A model generated the notes under the pieces. It was not told the DNA's origin and did no database searches. It saw only the letters and a list, made by a program, of their open reading frames with translations. Positions 9,660-19,247 of a stretch of 64,000 nucleotides of DNA are shown piece by piece. Numbering within the stretch: position 1 is the first letter of the stretch; the number at the start of each line of letters is the position of its first letter. Both the position numbers and the translations under genes were made by a program. This DNA comes from Anaeromyxobacteraceae bacterium (GTDB lineage: Bacteria; Myxococcota; Myxococcia; Myxococcales; Anaeromyxobacteraceae): contig JASGHJ010000001.1 in assembly GCA_047602405.1 (NCBI GenBank), positions 1,760,001-1,824,000 of the forward strand. Reading direction: 5' to 3'.

Positions 9660-10220
9660 TCAGCGGGGCGGCCCGACGGCCTCCGCGACGGTGAACAGCG
9701 CGGCGTCGAGCTCGGCGCCCGCGGCCCGGGCCGCGGCCACGTTCACGAGCACCCGCGCCCGCCCGTCCACGCGCACGAACCCGAGGGCGAGGCCCTGCGC
9801 CACGCCGGCGCGCTCGTCGGCCACCGTGAGCAGGCGCGCGGCGGCCGCCTCCCGGCCCAGCGCGGCGGGGTCGCCGGGCGTCGGCCCCGCGAGGACCAGC
9901 ACGCAGGCGTGGGCCTCCCGCGCCCGCTGCGCCGGCTCCGGGGGGCCCAGCCGCAGCGGCACCGCCCGCACCCGGTGGCCCGCCACCTGGAAGCGCGCGG
10001 CGGCGCTCCGCAGCGCCTCCACGAGCGCGTCCCGCGCGTCCTCGTCGCCCGCGCTCCAGCCCACCGCCACGATCACCTCGTCCCCGCACCGGTCGGCGAG
10101 CGTCCGGTCGTACCCGAGCACGCGCAGGAGCAGGAGCGCCCGCGCGTCCGGGGGGACGGGGGTCTCTCCGGCGGGGCCGGCCGCGAGGGCGAGCGCGAGG
10201 GCGGGGAGCGCGAGGGTCAC
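9660..10220 (-). CDS. YfiR/HmsC-like (DUF4154) periplasmic protein
   Basis: Signal peptide; LLLRVLGYD ... LLTVAD..GVAQGLALGFVRVDGRARVLVNVAAARAAGAELDAALFTVA; GTG start overlaps TonB receptor stop. Confidence 0.8.
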   Translation of the reverse strand: MTLALPALALALAAGPAGETPVPPDARALLLLRVLGYDRTLADRCGDEVIVAVGWSAGDEDARDALVEALRSAAARFQVAGHRVRAVPLRLGPPEPAQRAREAHACVLVLAGPTPGDPAALGREAAAARLLTVADERAGVAQGLALGFVRVDGRARVLVNVAAARAAGAELDAALFTVAEAVGPPR

Positions 10221-12280
10221 TGGAAGTGATAGCCCAGCCTGAGCTGGAAGCGGCGCGGCGGCGCGGGGAGCTCGGAGACGGGCGCGTTGTCGGCGAGGAG
10301 GGGGTCGCCCCCGGCCGTCCCGAGGACGTTCGTGACCGAGAAGGCGGCGACCAGCCCGGCGGCGCGCGGGATCTCCAGCGTGGCCTGCAGGTCGAGCCGC
10401 AGCGCGGCGCCCACCCGCGGGGCCCCGGCCCCCGGGTTGCCGGCGTCCTTCGCGCGCGCGGAGGCGCCGCGCAGCACGGCCGCGAGCGTCAGGGGTTCCC
10501 AGGGCACCCGCGTCGCGAGGGCGAGGTTCCCGGTCCAGGAGGGGAAGTTCACGGGCCGTGTGGCGGCGCGCTGCCAGGCGAGCCCGCCGTGGCCGCGCAG
10601 CCAGCGGCCGAGGCGGACGGTCCCCGAGAGCTCCGCGCCGACCAGGTGGAGGTGGCCCTGGTTCACGCCCTGCTGCCGGGTGCCGCCGGGGTCGATCCCG
10701 TCGGGGGCGGGGACGGTCACGAAGCGGATCAGCTGGTCGTACCGGCTCGTGTGGAAGCTCGCCGAGACCGAGGCTCCCTCCGCGAGGCGCCGATCCAGGA
10801 TCAGCTCGCCGGCCCGGACCGTCTCGGGATCGAGGCGCGGGTTCGCGAGGTAGGTGACGCCGTCGTCGTAGAAGGCCTCCGACATGGTCGGCGCCCGGAA
10901 GCCCTCCGAGTAGATCGCCTTCACCGCGTTGCCGGGCGAGGGCGTCCAGACCGCGGCCAGCTTGGGCGTGAGGCGCGTGCCGTAGAGCTCGTGGTGGTGG
11001 AGCGTCGCGCTCGCCTGGAGCCGCAGGACCTCGAAGAGCGTCTGGTCGGCCTGGGCGTAGGCGTTGAGCGTGAGGAAGTCCTTCCGGATGTCGCCCGGGC
11101 CGAAGCCGTTCACCGGGTCCTCGACCGTCGAGGGGACGCCGTCGGCGTACACCCGCTGGAGCGTGCGGTGCTGCTGGGCGGTCCCGCCGAGGACGAGGCG
11201 GGTCGCGGCGGTGGGCCGCGCGGTCAGCCGCACGTCCGCCGAGGCCCAGCGGTCGACGCCCAGATCGCGCGCCACGCCGACGTCGTCGGGCGGGGGCGCG
11301 TAGGCGAAGCCGTCGGTGAAGCGCTGCAGGTCGTAGCCGGCGCGCGCCGAGAGCTCGAGGCCGGGCGACACCGGGCCCCGCCACGCGAGCTCGGCGAAGC
11401 AGTGGCGCGAGGAGATCGTGTTCCTGGGGTCGCCGATGATGGACGCGTAGGCGGCGGTGACGGTGCGCCCGGCCTCCTCCGCGCAGGCGCCGCTGAGGGT
11501 GGTGCCGCCGAGGCCGAGCCGGAGGTAGGCGGAGCCCGCGCCGTCCCGGCCGCGCACCCGGGGGTCGGTGGCCGCCGCGCGCGCGCCGGTGGGCTCGAGC
11601 AGCTCGGGCAGGCGCAGGGTGTCGTGCCGGGAGCCGTACAGGTCGGCGGCGGCGGTGACGCCGACCGGGCCGAGCGTCGCCGTGAGCACCGCGGAGGCCT
11701 CCGCGCCCTGGCCGCCGGAGGGCGCGCCGGAGCCCGCCACGCTCACCTCGCTCGCGCGGTCGTCCGGATCGTGCGTCACCACGTTCACCACCGCGAGGAA
11801 CGCGGCGTCGCCGTAGAGGGAGCCCACCGGCCCCTTCACGAGCTCGATCCGCTTCACCGCCGCCATCGGCACGGGCAGGTCGCGGCCGAGCAGCGTGCCG
11901 CCGAGGCCGAGGCTGTCGTTGAGCGAGTGCCCGTCCACGAGGACGATGATCCGGGTCCCGTAGTCCATGAGCGCGCCCAACCCGCGGACGCCCGCCATCG
12001 AGAAGAAGTCGTCCCGGTAGCCGAACATGCCCGGCATGGCGGCGAGCGCGTCACCGAGGGTAACGAACCCGAAGGCGCGGAGGTCGTCCGCGGTCAGCAC
12101 GAAGGTCGCGGCGGCGGCCTCGGAGCGGCGCTCCGGCTCGAGGGACGCGGCGGCGATCGGCGCGTCGAGGAGGTCGCCGAGCGGCATCGAGGCGATGTCG
12201 TGCGGGCCGTCGGCGGCGGCGCCGAGGGGCAGGAGGAGCGCCGCGAGGAGACCGGCCAGGGCGGGGTCAGACGTTCGCAT
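10217..12280 (-). CDS. TonB-dependent receptor
   Basis: Plug motifs (VLTADDLR, GVRG, IIVLVDG, RIELVKGPVGSLYG..AVVNVVT), YSEGFRAPT, C-terminal LGYHF. Confidence 0.9.
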   Translation of the reverse strand: MRTSDPALAGLLAALLLPLGAAADGPHDIASMPLGDLLDAPIAAASLEPERRSEAAAATFVLTADDLRAFGFVTLGDALAAMPGMFGYRDDFFSMAGVRGLGALMDYGTRIIVLVDGHSLNDSLGLGGTLLGRDLPVPMAAVKRIELVKGPVGSLYGDAAFLAVVNVVTHDPDDRASEVSVAGSGAPSGGQGAEASAVLTATLGPVGVTAAADLYGSRHDTLRLPELLEPTGARAAATDPRVRGRDGAGSAYLRLGLGGTTLSGACAEEAGRTVTAAYASIIGDPRNTISSRHCFAELAWRGPVSPGLELSARAGYDLQRFTDGFAYAPPPDDVGVARDLGVDRWASADVRLTARPTAATRLVLGGTAQQHRTLQRVYADGVPSTVEDPVNGFGPGDIRKDFLTLNAYAQADQTLFEVLRLQASATLHHHELYGTRLTPKLAAVWTPSPGNAVKAIYSEGFRAPTMSEAFYDDGVTYLANPRLDPETVRAGELILDRRLAEGASVSASFHTSRYDQLIRFVTVPAPDGIDPGGTRQQGVNQGHLHLVGAELSGTVRLGRWLRGHGGLAWQRAATRPVNFPSWTGNLALATRVPWEPLTLAAVLRGASARAKDAGNPGAGAPRVGAALRLDLQATLEIPRAAGLVAAFSVTNVLGTAGGDPLLADNAPVSELPAPPRRFQLRLGYHFQ

Positions 12281-14234
12281 CGAGCACGCTCGCGAGCTGC
12301 TTGGGGTCGAGGGGCTTCTCGAGGCACACCAGCGCGTGGGCCGAGAGGTAGGCGCGCCGGGCCGGATCGAGCACCGCGCCGGTCATGAAGACGATGAGGT
12401 CCGCCATCTCCGGCGCGTGCTCGGCGACGGCGTCGCGGAACGCGAAGCCGTCCATCCCGGGCATGTTCACGTCGCAGAGGATGCGATCGAACTGCGCGCC
12501 GCCGTCGAGGAGCGCGAGCGCCTCGCGCGCGCCGGGGGCGGCGCGCACCTCGTGATCGCGCCCGAGGCTGCGCTCGAGCGCGGAACGGACCATCGGCTCG
12601 TCGTCGACGATCAGGACCCGGGTGCGGCGCGGGCGGGCGGCGCCCGCGGGCGGGTGCGAGGGCGCCGGGGGCAGGACGACCCGGAACGTGCTCCCCGCGC
12701 CCGGCGCGGTCTCGACCTCGATGCGGCCGCCGATCCCCTCGACGATGCCCTTGCAGATCGACAGCCCGAGGCCGGTGCCCACCCCGAGCGGCTTCGTGGT
12801 GAAGAACGGCTCGAAGAGCCGCGCGCGGGCCTCCGGCCCGATGCCGCAGCCGGTGTCCTTGACCTCGACGACCGCCTCGCCGCCGGCGCCGGTGCGGCCC
12901 TCCACGCGGACCTCGTGGCGCTCCGGCGCGCCCTCCGGGATCGCCTGCGCGGCGTTCACGAGGAGGTTGAGGAACACCTGCGAGAGCCGCACCTCGTGCC
13001 CGAGCACCGCGGGCATGGGCCCCACCTGCTCGACGAGGCGCGCGCGGCCCTTGAGCTCGTGGCGGGCCATGTCGATGGCCGCGCGCAGCGGGTCGGCGGG
13101 CTTCACGACGTGGCGCTCGTCGGCGTCGTCCCGCGAGAAGTTCTTGAGGCCGCGGACGATGTACCGGACCCGCTCGACGCCCGAGAGCGCGTCGCGCACC
13201 GAGTCGGCCATCGCGAGGAGATCGCCGCGGGTGCGGGCGGGGTCGTCCTGGCCGGGCGGGGCGCCGACGAGGTCCTCGCAGGCCTGCTGCACGAAGTCGA
13301 GGTTGGCCTTGATGTAGGCGAGCGGGTTGTTGATCTCGTGCGAGACGCCCGCGGTGAGGCGGCCGATGGTGATGCGCCGGTCGGCGGCCACGAGCTGCTC
13401 CTGCGTCCTGCGGAGCTCGGCGAGGCTCTGCGCGAGCTCCTCGTTCGCGCGCGCGAGGTCGGCGGTGCGCTCGTCGACGGCCTGCTCGAGCCGGGCCGCG
13501 GCCGCGGCGATGCCGGCCTCCTTCTCGTAGAGGCGGTCGAGCATGTGGGCGAAGGAGCGCGCGAGCGTGCCGATCTCGTCGCGGCGGTCGACGGGGAGCT
13601 TCGCCGGGGCGGACATGTCCCCGCTCGCGACGCGCTCGGCGACCGCCGTCACCCGCGCGAGCGGCCGGTGGATCCAGCGCGCGCCGAGGATGGCGGCGGG
13701 CACGGCGAGCAGGAGCGTCACCGCGAGGGTGATCGCGAGGATGAGGAGCCGGGTCTGCTCGCGCCGGCGCTCCAGCTCGAGCGTGTCGAAGCCGAGGACG
13801 AGCGCGCCGCGGCCCGCCTGCGGCGCGACGACGCTGACCGTCACCCGCAGGAGGCCGGGCAGGTGGATCACGCCCTCGTCGATCCCGGCCCGGGTCACCT
13901 CGTCGGGCGCCTGCCCCCACCGCGCGAGGCGGCTGCCGTCGGGCCGGACCAGCACGGCGTACCGGGCGCCCTCGCTGCCCTCCAGATCGGAGAGGGCCCG
14001 GGCGGCGGCGACGTCGTCGTCGAAGTCGAGGGGCACGGCGCACGCGCGGGCGAGCACGTGCGCGATGCCGAGCGAGCGGCTCTCGGCCCAGCGGCGCGAG
14101 AACGCGTCGAGCTGTGACGGGAGGAGCGCGAGGAGCCCGAGCAGGATGAGCCCCGCCGCGCCGAGCGCGAGCGCGGTGAGGCGGCCCCGGAGCCCGAGGT
14201 AGAACGAGGACCTACCCTGCACGCAGGGAGGCAT
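12267..14234 (-). CDS. Hybrid sensor histidine kinase (periplasmic sensor-HAMP-HisKA-HATPase-REC)
   Basis: DEIGTLARSF, GVSHEINNPL, QVFLNLLVNA, DTGCG, FEPFFTTK, GTGLGL, VLIVDDE..CDVNMPGMDG..KP. Confidence 0.93.
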   Translation of the reverse strand: MPPCVQGRSSFYLGLRGRLTALALGAAGLILLGLLALLPSQLDAFSRRWAESRSLGIAHVLARACAVPLDFDDDVAAARALSDLEGSEGARYAVLVRPDGSRLARWGQAPDEVTRAGIDEGVIHLPGLLRVTVSVVAPQAGRGALVLGFDTLELERRREQTRLLILAITLAVTLLLAVPAAILGARWIHRPLARVTAVAERVASGDMSAPAKLPVDRRDEIGTLARSFAHMLDRLYEKEAGIAAAAARLEQAVDERTADLARANEELAQSLAELRRTQEQLVAADRRITIGRLTAGVSHEINNPLAYIKANLDFVQQACEDLVGAPPGQDDPARTRGDLLAMADSVRDALSGVERVRYIVRGLKNFSRDDADERHVVKPADPLRAAIDMARHELKGRARLVEQVGPMPAVLGHEVRLSQVFLNLLVNAAQAIPEGAPERHEVRVEGRTGAGGEAVVEVKDTGCGIGPEARARLFEPFFTTKPLGVGTGLGLSICKGIVEGIGGRIEVETAPGAGSTFRVVLPPAPSHPPAGAARPRRTRVLIVDDEPMVRSALERSLGRDHEVRAAPGAREALALLDGGAQFDRILCDVNMPGMDGFAFRDAVAEHAPEMADLIVFMTGAVLDPARRAYLSAHALVCLEKPLDPKQLASVLDANV

Positions 14235-14358
14235 CGCAAGGGGCCTGCCAGCCCGGTGGCCGGGAAACTGGAAGTTTCGTGAGGAGGTCGCCGACTCAGG
14301 GTCGCGACGACCCCGTCCTCTTGTCCGGGTGTCGACCCGGCGTCCCGGTCGGCGAGCT

Positions 14359-15351
14359 TCAGCGCCGGACCGGGATCGCGACCTTCAGCGTCTCGCCCGC
14401 GGCAGGGCGGACCTCGAGGTGCCCGGTGCGCCCGTCGGCGGTGCGCACGGTGAGGCGGAGCGGCTCGGGCGGCACGTCCGGCACCGCGAACGCATCGCCG
14501 CCGAACTGCTGGTCCGCGAGGGTGCGCCAGGCCTGCGGCGCGGGCTGGGACGCGATCGTCAGCGTGAAGCCGGCGGGCCGGGGCGTGCCGGTGACCGTGC
14601 CCTCGAGCGTCGCCGCGGCGAGGAGCTTCACGGTCACGACGCCGCCCTGGGGGACCGTGCCGCTCCACGCGCCGGTGCGGCCGCCGTTCCGGGCGCGCAC
14701 CTCGACCGCGGCGCCCGCGATGCCCATCTCGCTCGCGACCGGCACCTTCCCGTCGGAGCCCGCCCTGGTCGCGAGCGCGAGCTTGGCGTCGCCGGGCCGC
14801 CCGAGCGTCACGACCGCGCCGGCGGAGGGTGCGCCGTCCGGCTCGACGACCGCGATGGCGAGGCCGGTCGCGGCGGTCGGCGCGACGAGGTCGAGCGTGA
14901 TGGTCTGGCCGCGGGCCACCTTCGTGAAGACCGGCTCGGCGCGGGCGTCCGGGCTCGCGCCCGGCGCGGCCCACAGCCGCCAGTCGCCCTCGGGCAGCAC
15001 GAGCCGGTAGAGCCCGTTCGCGGCGACGTCGACCCGCCGCGGCGGCTCCGCGGGCGCGCCGGCCGCGGGGCGCGGTCCACCCTGACGGTGCGCGAACACG
15101 GCGAAGCCCGGCGGCAGCGCGCCGCCCTCGGGACGCACCTTGCCGGCCACCACGCCGTCGTCGACGCCGGCCGGCGCCATCGCGCCGGGCGGGCCGGGCG
15201 GCAGGAGCCGCTCGAGCCCCCGCGGCGCGCGCTCCTCGCCGGTGGCGGCGCGCTCCTTCTGCGCGTCGATCGTGTGCGAGACGACGAAGGCCGCGAGCAG
15301 CGCCGCGGCGGCGAAGACGCAGATGACGAGGTACGGAGGGTGGATGCGCAT
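14359..15351 (-). CDS. Membrane-anchored protein with carboxypeptidase-regulatory-like (beta-sandwich) repeats
   Basis: N-terminal TM; repeated DG.P.AGA.V.L / G.F.VPDVPP motifs; start at MRIHPPY. Confidence 0.6.
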   Translation of the reverse strand: MRIHPPYLVICVFAAAALLAAFVVSHTIDAQKERAATGEERAPRGLERLLPPGPPGAMAPAGVDDGVVAGKVRPEGGALPPGFAVFAHRQGGPRPAAGAPAEPPRRVDVAANGLYRLVLPEGDWRLWAAPGASPDARAEPVFTKVARGQTITLDLVAPTAATGLAIAVVEPDGAPSAGAVVTLGRPGDAKLALATRAGSDGKVPVASEMGIAGAAVEVRARNGGRTGAWSGTVPQGGVVTVKLLAAATLEGTVTGTPRPAGFTLTIASQPAPQAWRTLADQQFGGDAFAVPDVPPEPLRLTVRTADGRTGHLEVRPAAGETLKVAIPVRR

Positions 15352-15374
15352 GGAGAGCCTCGGGGGTCCCGAGG

Positions 15375-16565
15375 CTAGCTGATTCCCGGAGCGCTCGTGA
15401 GCACGATCTTGGCGATCTCGGGGGGCGCGCCGAGGCGCATGGGCGGGCCCCAGTAGCCCGTGCCGCGCGACACGTAGATGTGCCCGGCCCGCTCGCCCTC
15501 GACGTGCCGGTGGAGCCCGCGCACGTAGGGCTGCGCGAACCCGACGAGCAGGTTGAACGGAACGATCTGGCCGCCGTGCGTGTGGCCGGAGAGCTGGAGG
15601 TCCACCCCCGCGCGCACCGCGTCCTCGATGCCCCGCGGCTGGTGCGCGAGCAGGACGAGCGCCTGCTCCGGGTCCCGGCCGGCGAGCGCCTTGCCGAGGT
15701 CCATGTCGTGCATGACGTCGTTCACGCCGGCGAGCTCGAAGGACCCTCCCGCGTCGCCGACCGTCATGCGCTCGTTCTCGAGCACGCGGACGCCGAGGCG
15801 CCGGAGCCACGGCAGCCACTCACCGACGCCCGAGTAGTACTCGTGGTTGCCGGTGATGAAGACGACGCCGTGCCGGGCGCGCAGGTCCTTCAGGGACTCG
15901 AGGATCGGCCCGAGCTCGCGCACGCCGCCGTCCATGAGGTCGCCGGTGATCGCGACGAGGTCCGGCTTCAGGCCGTTCGTCTGCTCGACGACGCGGCGGA
16001 CCTCCCGCTCGCGGATGGTGGGGCCGACGTGCAGGTCGCTGATCTGCGCGATGGTGTAGCCGTCGAGCGCGCGCGGGAGCTTCTCCATCCGCACCGGCAC
16101 CTCGGGCGTCTCGGCGGGGCCGCCCGCGCGGCGCACGGCGAACGCGGAGGTGACGGTGGCGGCGGTGAGCGCGGCGCCCGCGACCGCCTGCGCGACGAAG
16201 ACGCGGCGCGCGGGGTCCGGCGGCGCCGAGGGGCCGCCCCGGAACCAGCCCGCGACGAGCTCGGACAGCTTCACCGCCAGCCGGCCGAGGTCCAGGAAGG
16301 CGAGCGCGACGAGGAGCAGGAACGCAGCGCCCAGCCAGCCGAACCCGAGGGCGGGGAGGATTCCGGAGGAGGCCGCCGGGGAGCGCCGGAAGGTGAACAT
16401 CGCGACCGGGAAGGCGATCGCGAGGAGCACGATCGCGGCGGTGGCGAGCTTCCGCCACGGGTCGGCGAGGCCGGGGTCGCGCACGAGGCGGACCCAGAAG
16501 TAGTAGTGCATGCCCCCGAGGATCGAGAGGGCGACGGCGAGGAAGATCGCGAAGGAGCGGGCCAC
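15375..16565 (-). CDS. Membrane-bound metallophosphoesterase (YkuE-like)
   Basis: SDLHVG, TGDLMD, GNHEYY, LLAHQP, LSGHTHGGQ, SRGTGYWGPPMRLG. Confidence 0.92.
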   Translation of the reverse strand: MARSFAIFLAVALSILGGMHYYFWVRLVRDPGLADPWRKLATAAIVLLAIAFPVAMFTFRRSPAASSGILPALGFGWLGAAFLLLVALAFLDLGRLAVKLSELVAGWFRGGPSAPPDPARRVFVAQAVAGAALTAATVTSAFAVRRAGGPAETPEVPVRMEKLPRALDGYTIAQISDLHVGPTIREREVRRVVEQTNGLKPDLVAITGDLMDGGVRELGPILESLKDLRARHGVVFITGNHEYYSGVGEWLPWLRRLGVRVLENERMTVGDAGGSFELAGVNDVMHDMDLGKALAGRDPEQALVLLAHQPRGIEDAVRAGVDLQLSGHTHGGQIVPFNLLVGFAQPYVRGLHRHVEGERAGHIYVSRGTGYWGPPMRLGAPPEIAKIVLTSAPGIS

Positions 16566-16651
16566 GGGAGGGGATCCTTAGCCCGGATCCACCTCCCGCG
16601 CCCGCTCCGTGCACGCGGCTTCACGTTTCGAAACGATCGCTGCCGCGGCTG

Positions 16652-17161
16652 CTACCTCCAGGCGTAGCCGCCGCCCCAGGGCTGGTACCGCACCGCGAGG
16701 GCGTCGCGGCGGCGCTCGAGCTCCGCGCGGCGGACCGCGTACCACCGCTCGAAGCGGCGCGTCTGGCCGGGGTTGTGCCAGCCCGAGGCGTAGAACGTGT
16801 CGCGGGCCCGCTCGAGCTCCCAGAAGTCGCGGCGGAGCTCGCGCCACTCGGCGTAGCGCCAGCCGATCGCCGGGCGCCGGGCGTCGCGCCACCGCTCGTA
16901 GCCGCTCCAGCGGACGAACCGGTCGTCGCGGTCGTTGCGGGCGTCGTCGCGCCAGTCGCGGTCGAACCGATCATCGTGCCCGCGACCGTCGCGGTCGTAG
17001 CGGTCGCCGGGGCGGTACGGCTGCGGGGCCGGCGGGGCGTGGCGGTCCGAGTAGCGGTCCCCGTCGCGGCGGTCGCCGCGGTCGTGGTCGTCGGCGCGGG
17101 CGGCGAGCGGGGCCGAGGCGAGGGCGAGGGCGAGGACGAAGGACTTCGAGGCGAACGTCAT
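16652..17161 (-). CDS. Secreted Arg/Asp-rich hypothetical protein
   Basis: Signal peptide (ARA|DD), AAGGAG RBS, low-complexity RD-rich body. Confidence 0.65.
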   Translation of the reverse strand: MTFASKSFVLALALASAPLAARADDHDRGDRRDGDRYSDRHAPPAPQPYRPGDRYDRDGRGHDDRFDRDWRDDARNDRDDRFVRWSGYERWRDARRPAIGWRYAEWRELRRDFWELERARDTFYASGWHNPGQTRRFERWYAVRRAELERRRDALAVRYQPWGGGYAWR

Positions 17162-17259
17162 GGCGTGTCTCCTTTCCAGCTTTCAGGAAGGAGACGGAGC
17201 CCGGGCCCGGGGCATTCACCTGTGCGCGGGATCACATGCCCGTCAGGGTGCAGGGGGGC

Positions 17260-17613
17260 TCACGGACCGACCGGCAGCCGATCGATCCTGGCCGCCACGA
17301 TGAAGTCGTTCTCGGAGAGCCCGCCCACGTCGTGCGTCCAGAGCGTCACGTCCACCTTGTTCCAGCCGTGCACGAGGAAGTCCGGGTGGTGCCCCTCGGC
17401 CTCCGCGAGCTCCGCCATCGCGTTCACGAACCGCATGGCCGCGGCGAAGTCCTTGAACCTGAACGCGCGGAAGAGCTGGGTCGCGCCCCCGCGGAGCTCC
17501 CAGCCGGCGAGCGAGCGCAGGGCCGCCTCGGCCTCCGCGGAGGTCAGGGAGGGCATGCCTGCCTTGCAGGGCACGCAGTGCTTCGAGGCGTAGTCGGTGG
17601 CGGAGGTGGCCAT
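17260..17613 (-). CDS. phhB: Pterin-4-alpha-carbinolamine dehydratase
   Basis: CVPC, FKDF..A..FVN, AEAEGHHPD, LWTHDVGGLSENDFIVAARID. Confidence 0.92.
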   Translation of the reverse strand: MATSATDYASKHCVPCKAGMPSLTSAEAEAALRSLAGWELRGGATQLFRAFRFKDFAAAMRFVNAMAELAEAEGHHPDFLVHGWNKVDVTLWTHDVGGLSENDFIVAARIDRLPVGP

Positions 17614-17671
17614 GGCCGGTGAGGTGCCCGTGCCGCCGCGCCCGCGCAACCGGGCAGGTGGGGGCCCCGGG

Positions 17672-17722
17672 CCGCTCATCCTGAGCGTGGGCCTGCCGCA
17701 AGCAGGCCGGAGTCGAAGGACG
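17672..17722 (+). repeat. Palindromic repeat family A, copy 2 (between divergent phhB and DUF423)
   Basis: CCGCTCATCCTGAGCGTGGGCCTGC-CGCAA-GCAGGCCGGAGTCGAAGGACG. Confidence 0.85.
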
Positions 17723-17737
17723 CTACACTCGCGGGCC

Positions 17738-18109
17738 ATGGACCGCACCTTCCTCTCCGTCGGCGCCGTCTCGGCCGCGCTCGCCGTCGCGGCGGGCGCG
17801 TTCGGCGCGCACGCGCTCAAGGCGCGCCTCACGCCCGACCTCCTCGTCATCTGGGACACCGGCGCGCGCTATCACCTCGCGCACGCGCTCGGGCTCTTCG
17901 CGGTCGCCTGGGCGGCGACGCGCTTCCCGGGCCCGGCGGTCGCGTGGGCGGGGTGGCTCCTCGTCCTCGGGACGGTCCTCTTCTCCGGCTCGCTCTACGC
18001 GCTCGCGCTCTCCGGCGTCCGCGCGCTCGGGGCGGTGACGCCGCTCGGCGGGGTCGCCTTCATCGCGGGCTGGCTCTGCCTCGCCTGGGCCGCCTCGCGA
18101 CCGGGCTGA
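17738..18109 (+). CDS. DUF423 (YgdD/TMEM256) membrane protein
   Basis: GAFGAHAL, TGARYH..HAL, GTVLFSGSLY.LAL, GAVTPLGG..FIAGW. Confidence 0.9.
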   Translation: MDRTFLSVGAVSAALAVAAGAFGAHALKARLTPDLLVIWDTGARYHLAHALGLFAVAWAATRFPGPAVAWAGWLLVLGTVLFSGSLYALALSGVRALGAVTPLGGVAFIAGWLCLAWAASRPG

Positions 18110-18158
18110 CGCGGGCGTTGCCGGGGCGCGCCGGCTCTGGCAGGCTCGCACCCTTCGT

Positions 18159-19247
18159 ATGAGCCTCGCCCGGGTGACGACCGCGCTCCTCCTCGCGCTC
18201 TCCGCGCGCCTCGCCCTCGCGGAGGCGCCCACGCCGGCGCCCGCCGCCGCGCCCGACGCGGCGAGCTCCGCTCCGGCGGAGGTCCGCGCCGGCGACGAGG
18301 GCGTGTTCCGCCTCCGCCGCGGAGGCACGATCGCGGGTCGCGTGGTCTCCCGGGACGCGGCGCGGGACGTCCTCCGGCTCCGGTCCGGGCAGGAGGTCGT
18401 GCTGCCCGCCGGCGACCTCGTCGCGCGGGTCGGCGACTACGAGGAGCCCGACGCGCCGAGGCCGGGGGATGCGCGCCGCATCCGGCTCGCGCTGAAGGAC
18501 GGCAGCAACGTCGAGGGCGAGCTCGTCGCGCGCGGGGCCTCGTCGGTGACGATCCGGGTGGACGGGCAGGAGCGCACCTACCCGTGGAGCGCGGTGCGCG
18601 GCGTGTTCGAGTACGCCTCGCTCCTCGCCCACCGCGGCGGCCCGGCGGACGCCGCGGGCGTGCGGTACGTCCACGCCAGCTCCGCGACGGGGCTCCCCGC
18701 CGGCGGCCTCGTGGTCGACGCGACCGCCGAGGGGCTCGCGCTCGGCTGGGGCGTCGCCCGCTGGCTGACCGCGAGCGCCGGCGTCTCGACCCCCTACCGG
18801 TGGAACGGCCGCGCCGTGGCCCCCGACTACGTGCTCGGCGCGGACGGGCACGTGCCGCTCCTCCCCTGGCTCTCGGCGTCGGCCGGCGTGCGCGCCCAGC
18901 GCACCGGCCGGGGGAACGTGGTCTGGGCGGAGGGCGCGCTGACCGCCGGCGGCGAGGACTTCCACGCCACCGTCTTCGCCGGCCCACCCCTGGCCGGGGC
19001 CGGCCGGCTCGGCGCCTTCGACGGCGCGGCGGTCGGCGCCGCGCTCTCGAGCCGCTTCACCGCGCGCGTGACGGGGATCCTCGAGGCGTTCACGACGCCG
19101 CAGGGCGGCACCGACGTGGCCGGCGCCGCAGCGGCCCGGCTCCACCTCGCGAGCGCGTGGTCGGTCGAGCTCGGCGCGCTGGGCTCGCGGCGGGCCGTGC
19201 TGCCGTGGCTCGCGGTCACCTGGCGCCGCGACGGAGGCGCGCCGTGA
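18159..19247 (+). CDS. Secreted hypothetical protein; two short N-terminal beta-repeats, C-terminal part possibly outer-membrane beta-barrel
   Basis: Signal peptide; LRRGGTIAGRVV and LKDGSNVEGELV repeats; amphipathic strands ending PWLAVTW. Confidence 0.6.
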   Translation: MSLARVTTALLLALSARLALAEAPTPAPAAAPDAASSAPAEVRAGDEGVFRLRRGGTIAGRVVSRDAARDVLRLRSGQEVVLPAGDLVARVGDYEEPDAPRPGDARRIRLALKDGSNVEGELVARGASSVTIRVDGQERTYPWSAVRGVFEYASLLAHRGGPADAAGVRYVHASSATGLPAGGLVVDATAEGLALGWGVARWLTASAGVSTPYRWNGRAVAPDYVLGADGHVPLLPWLSASAGVRAQRTGRGNVVWAEGALTAGGEDFHATVFAGPPLAGAGRLGAFDGAAVGAALSSRFTARVTGILEAFTTPQGGTDVAGAAAARLHLASAWSVELGALGSRRAVLPWLAVTWRRDGGAP

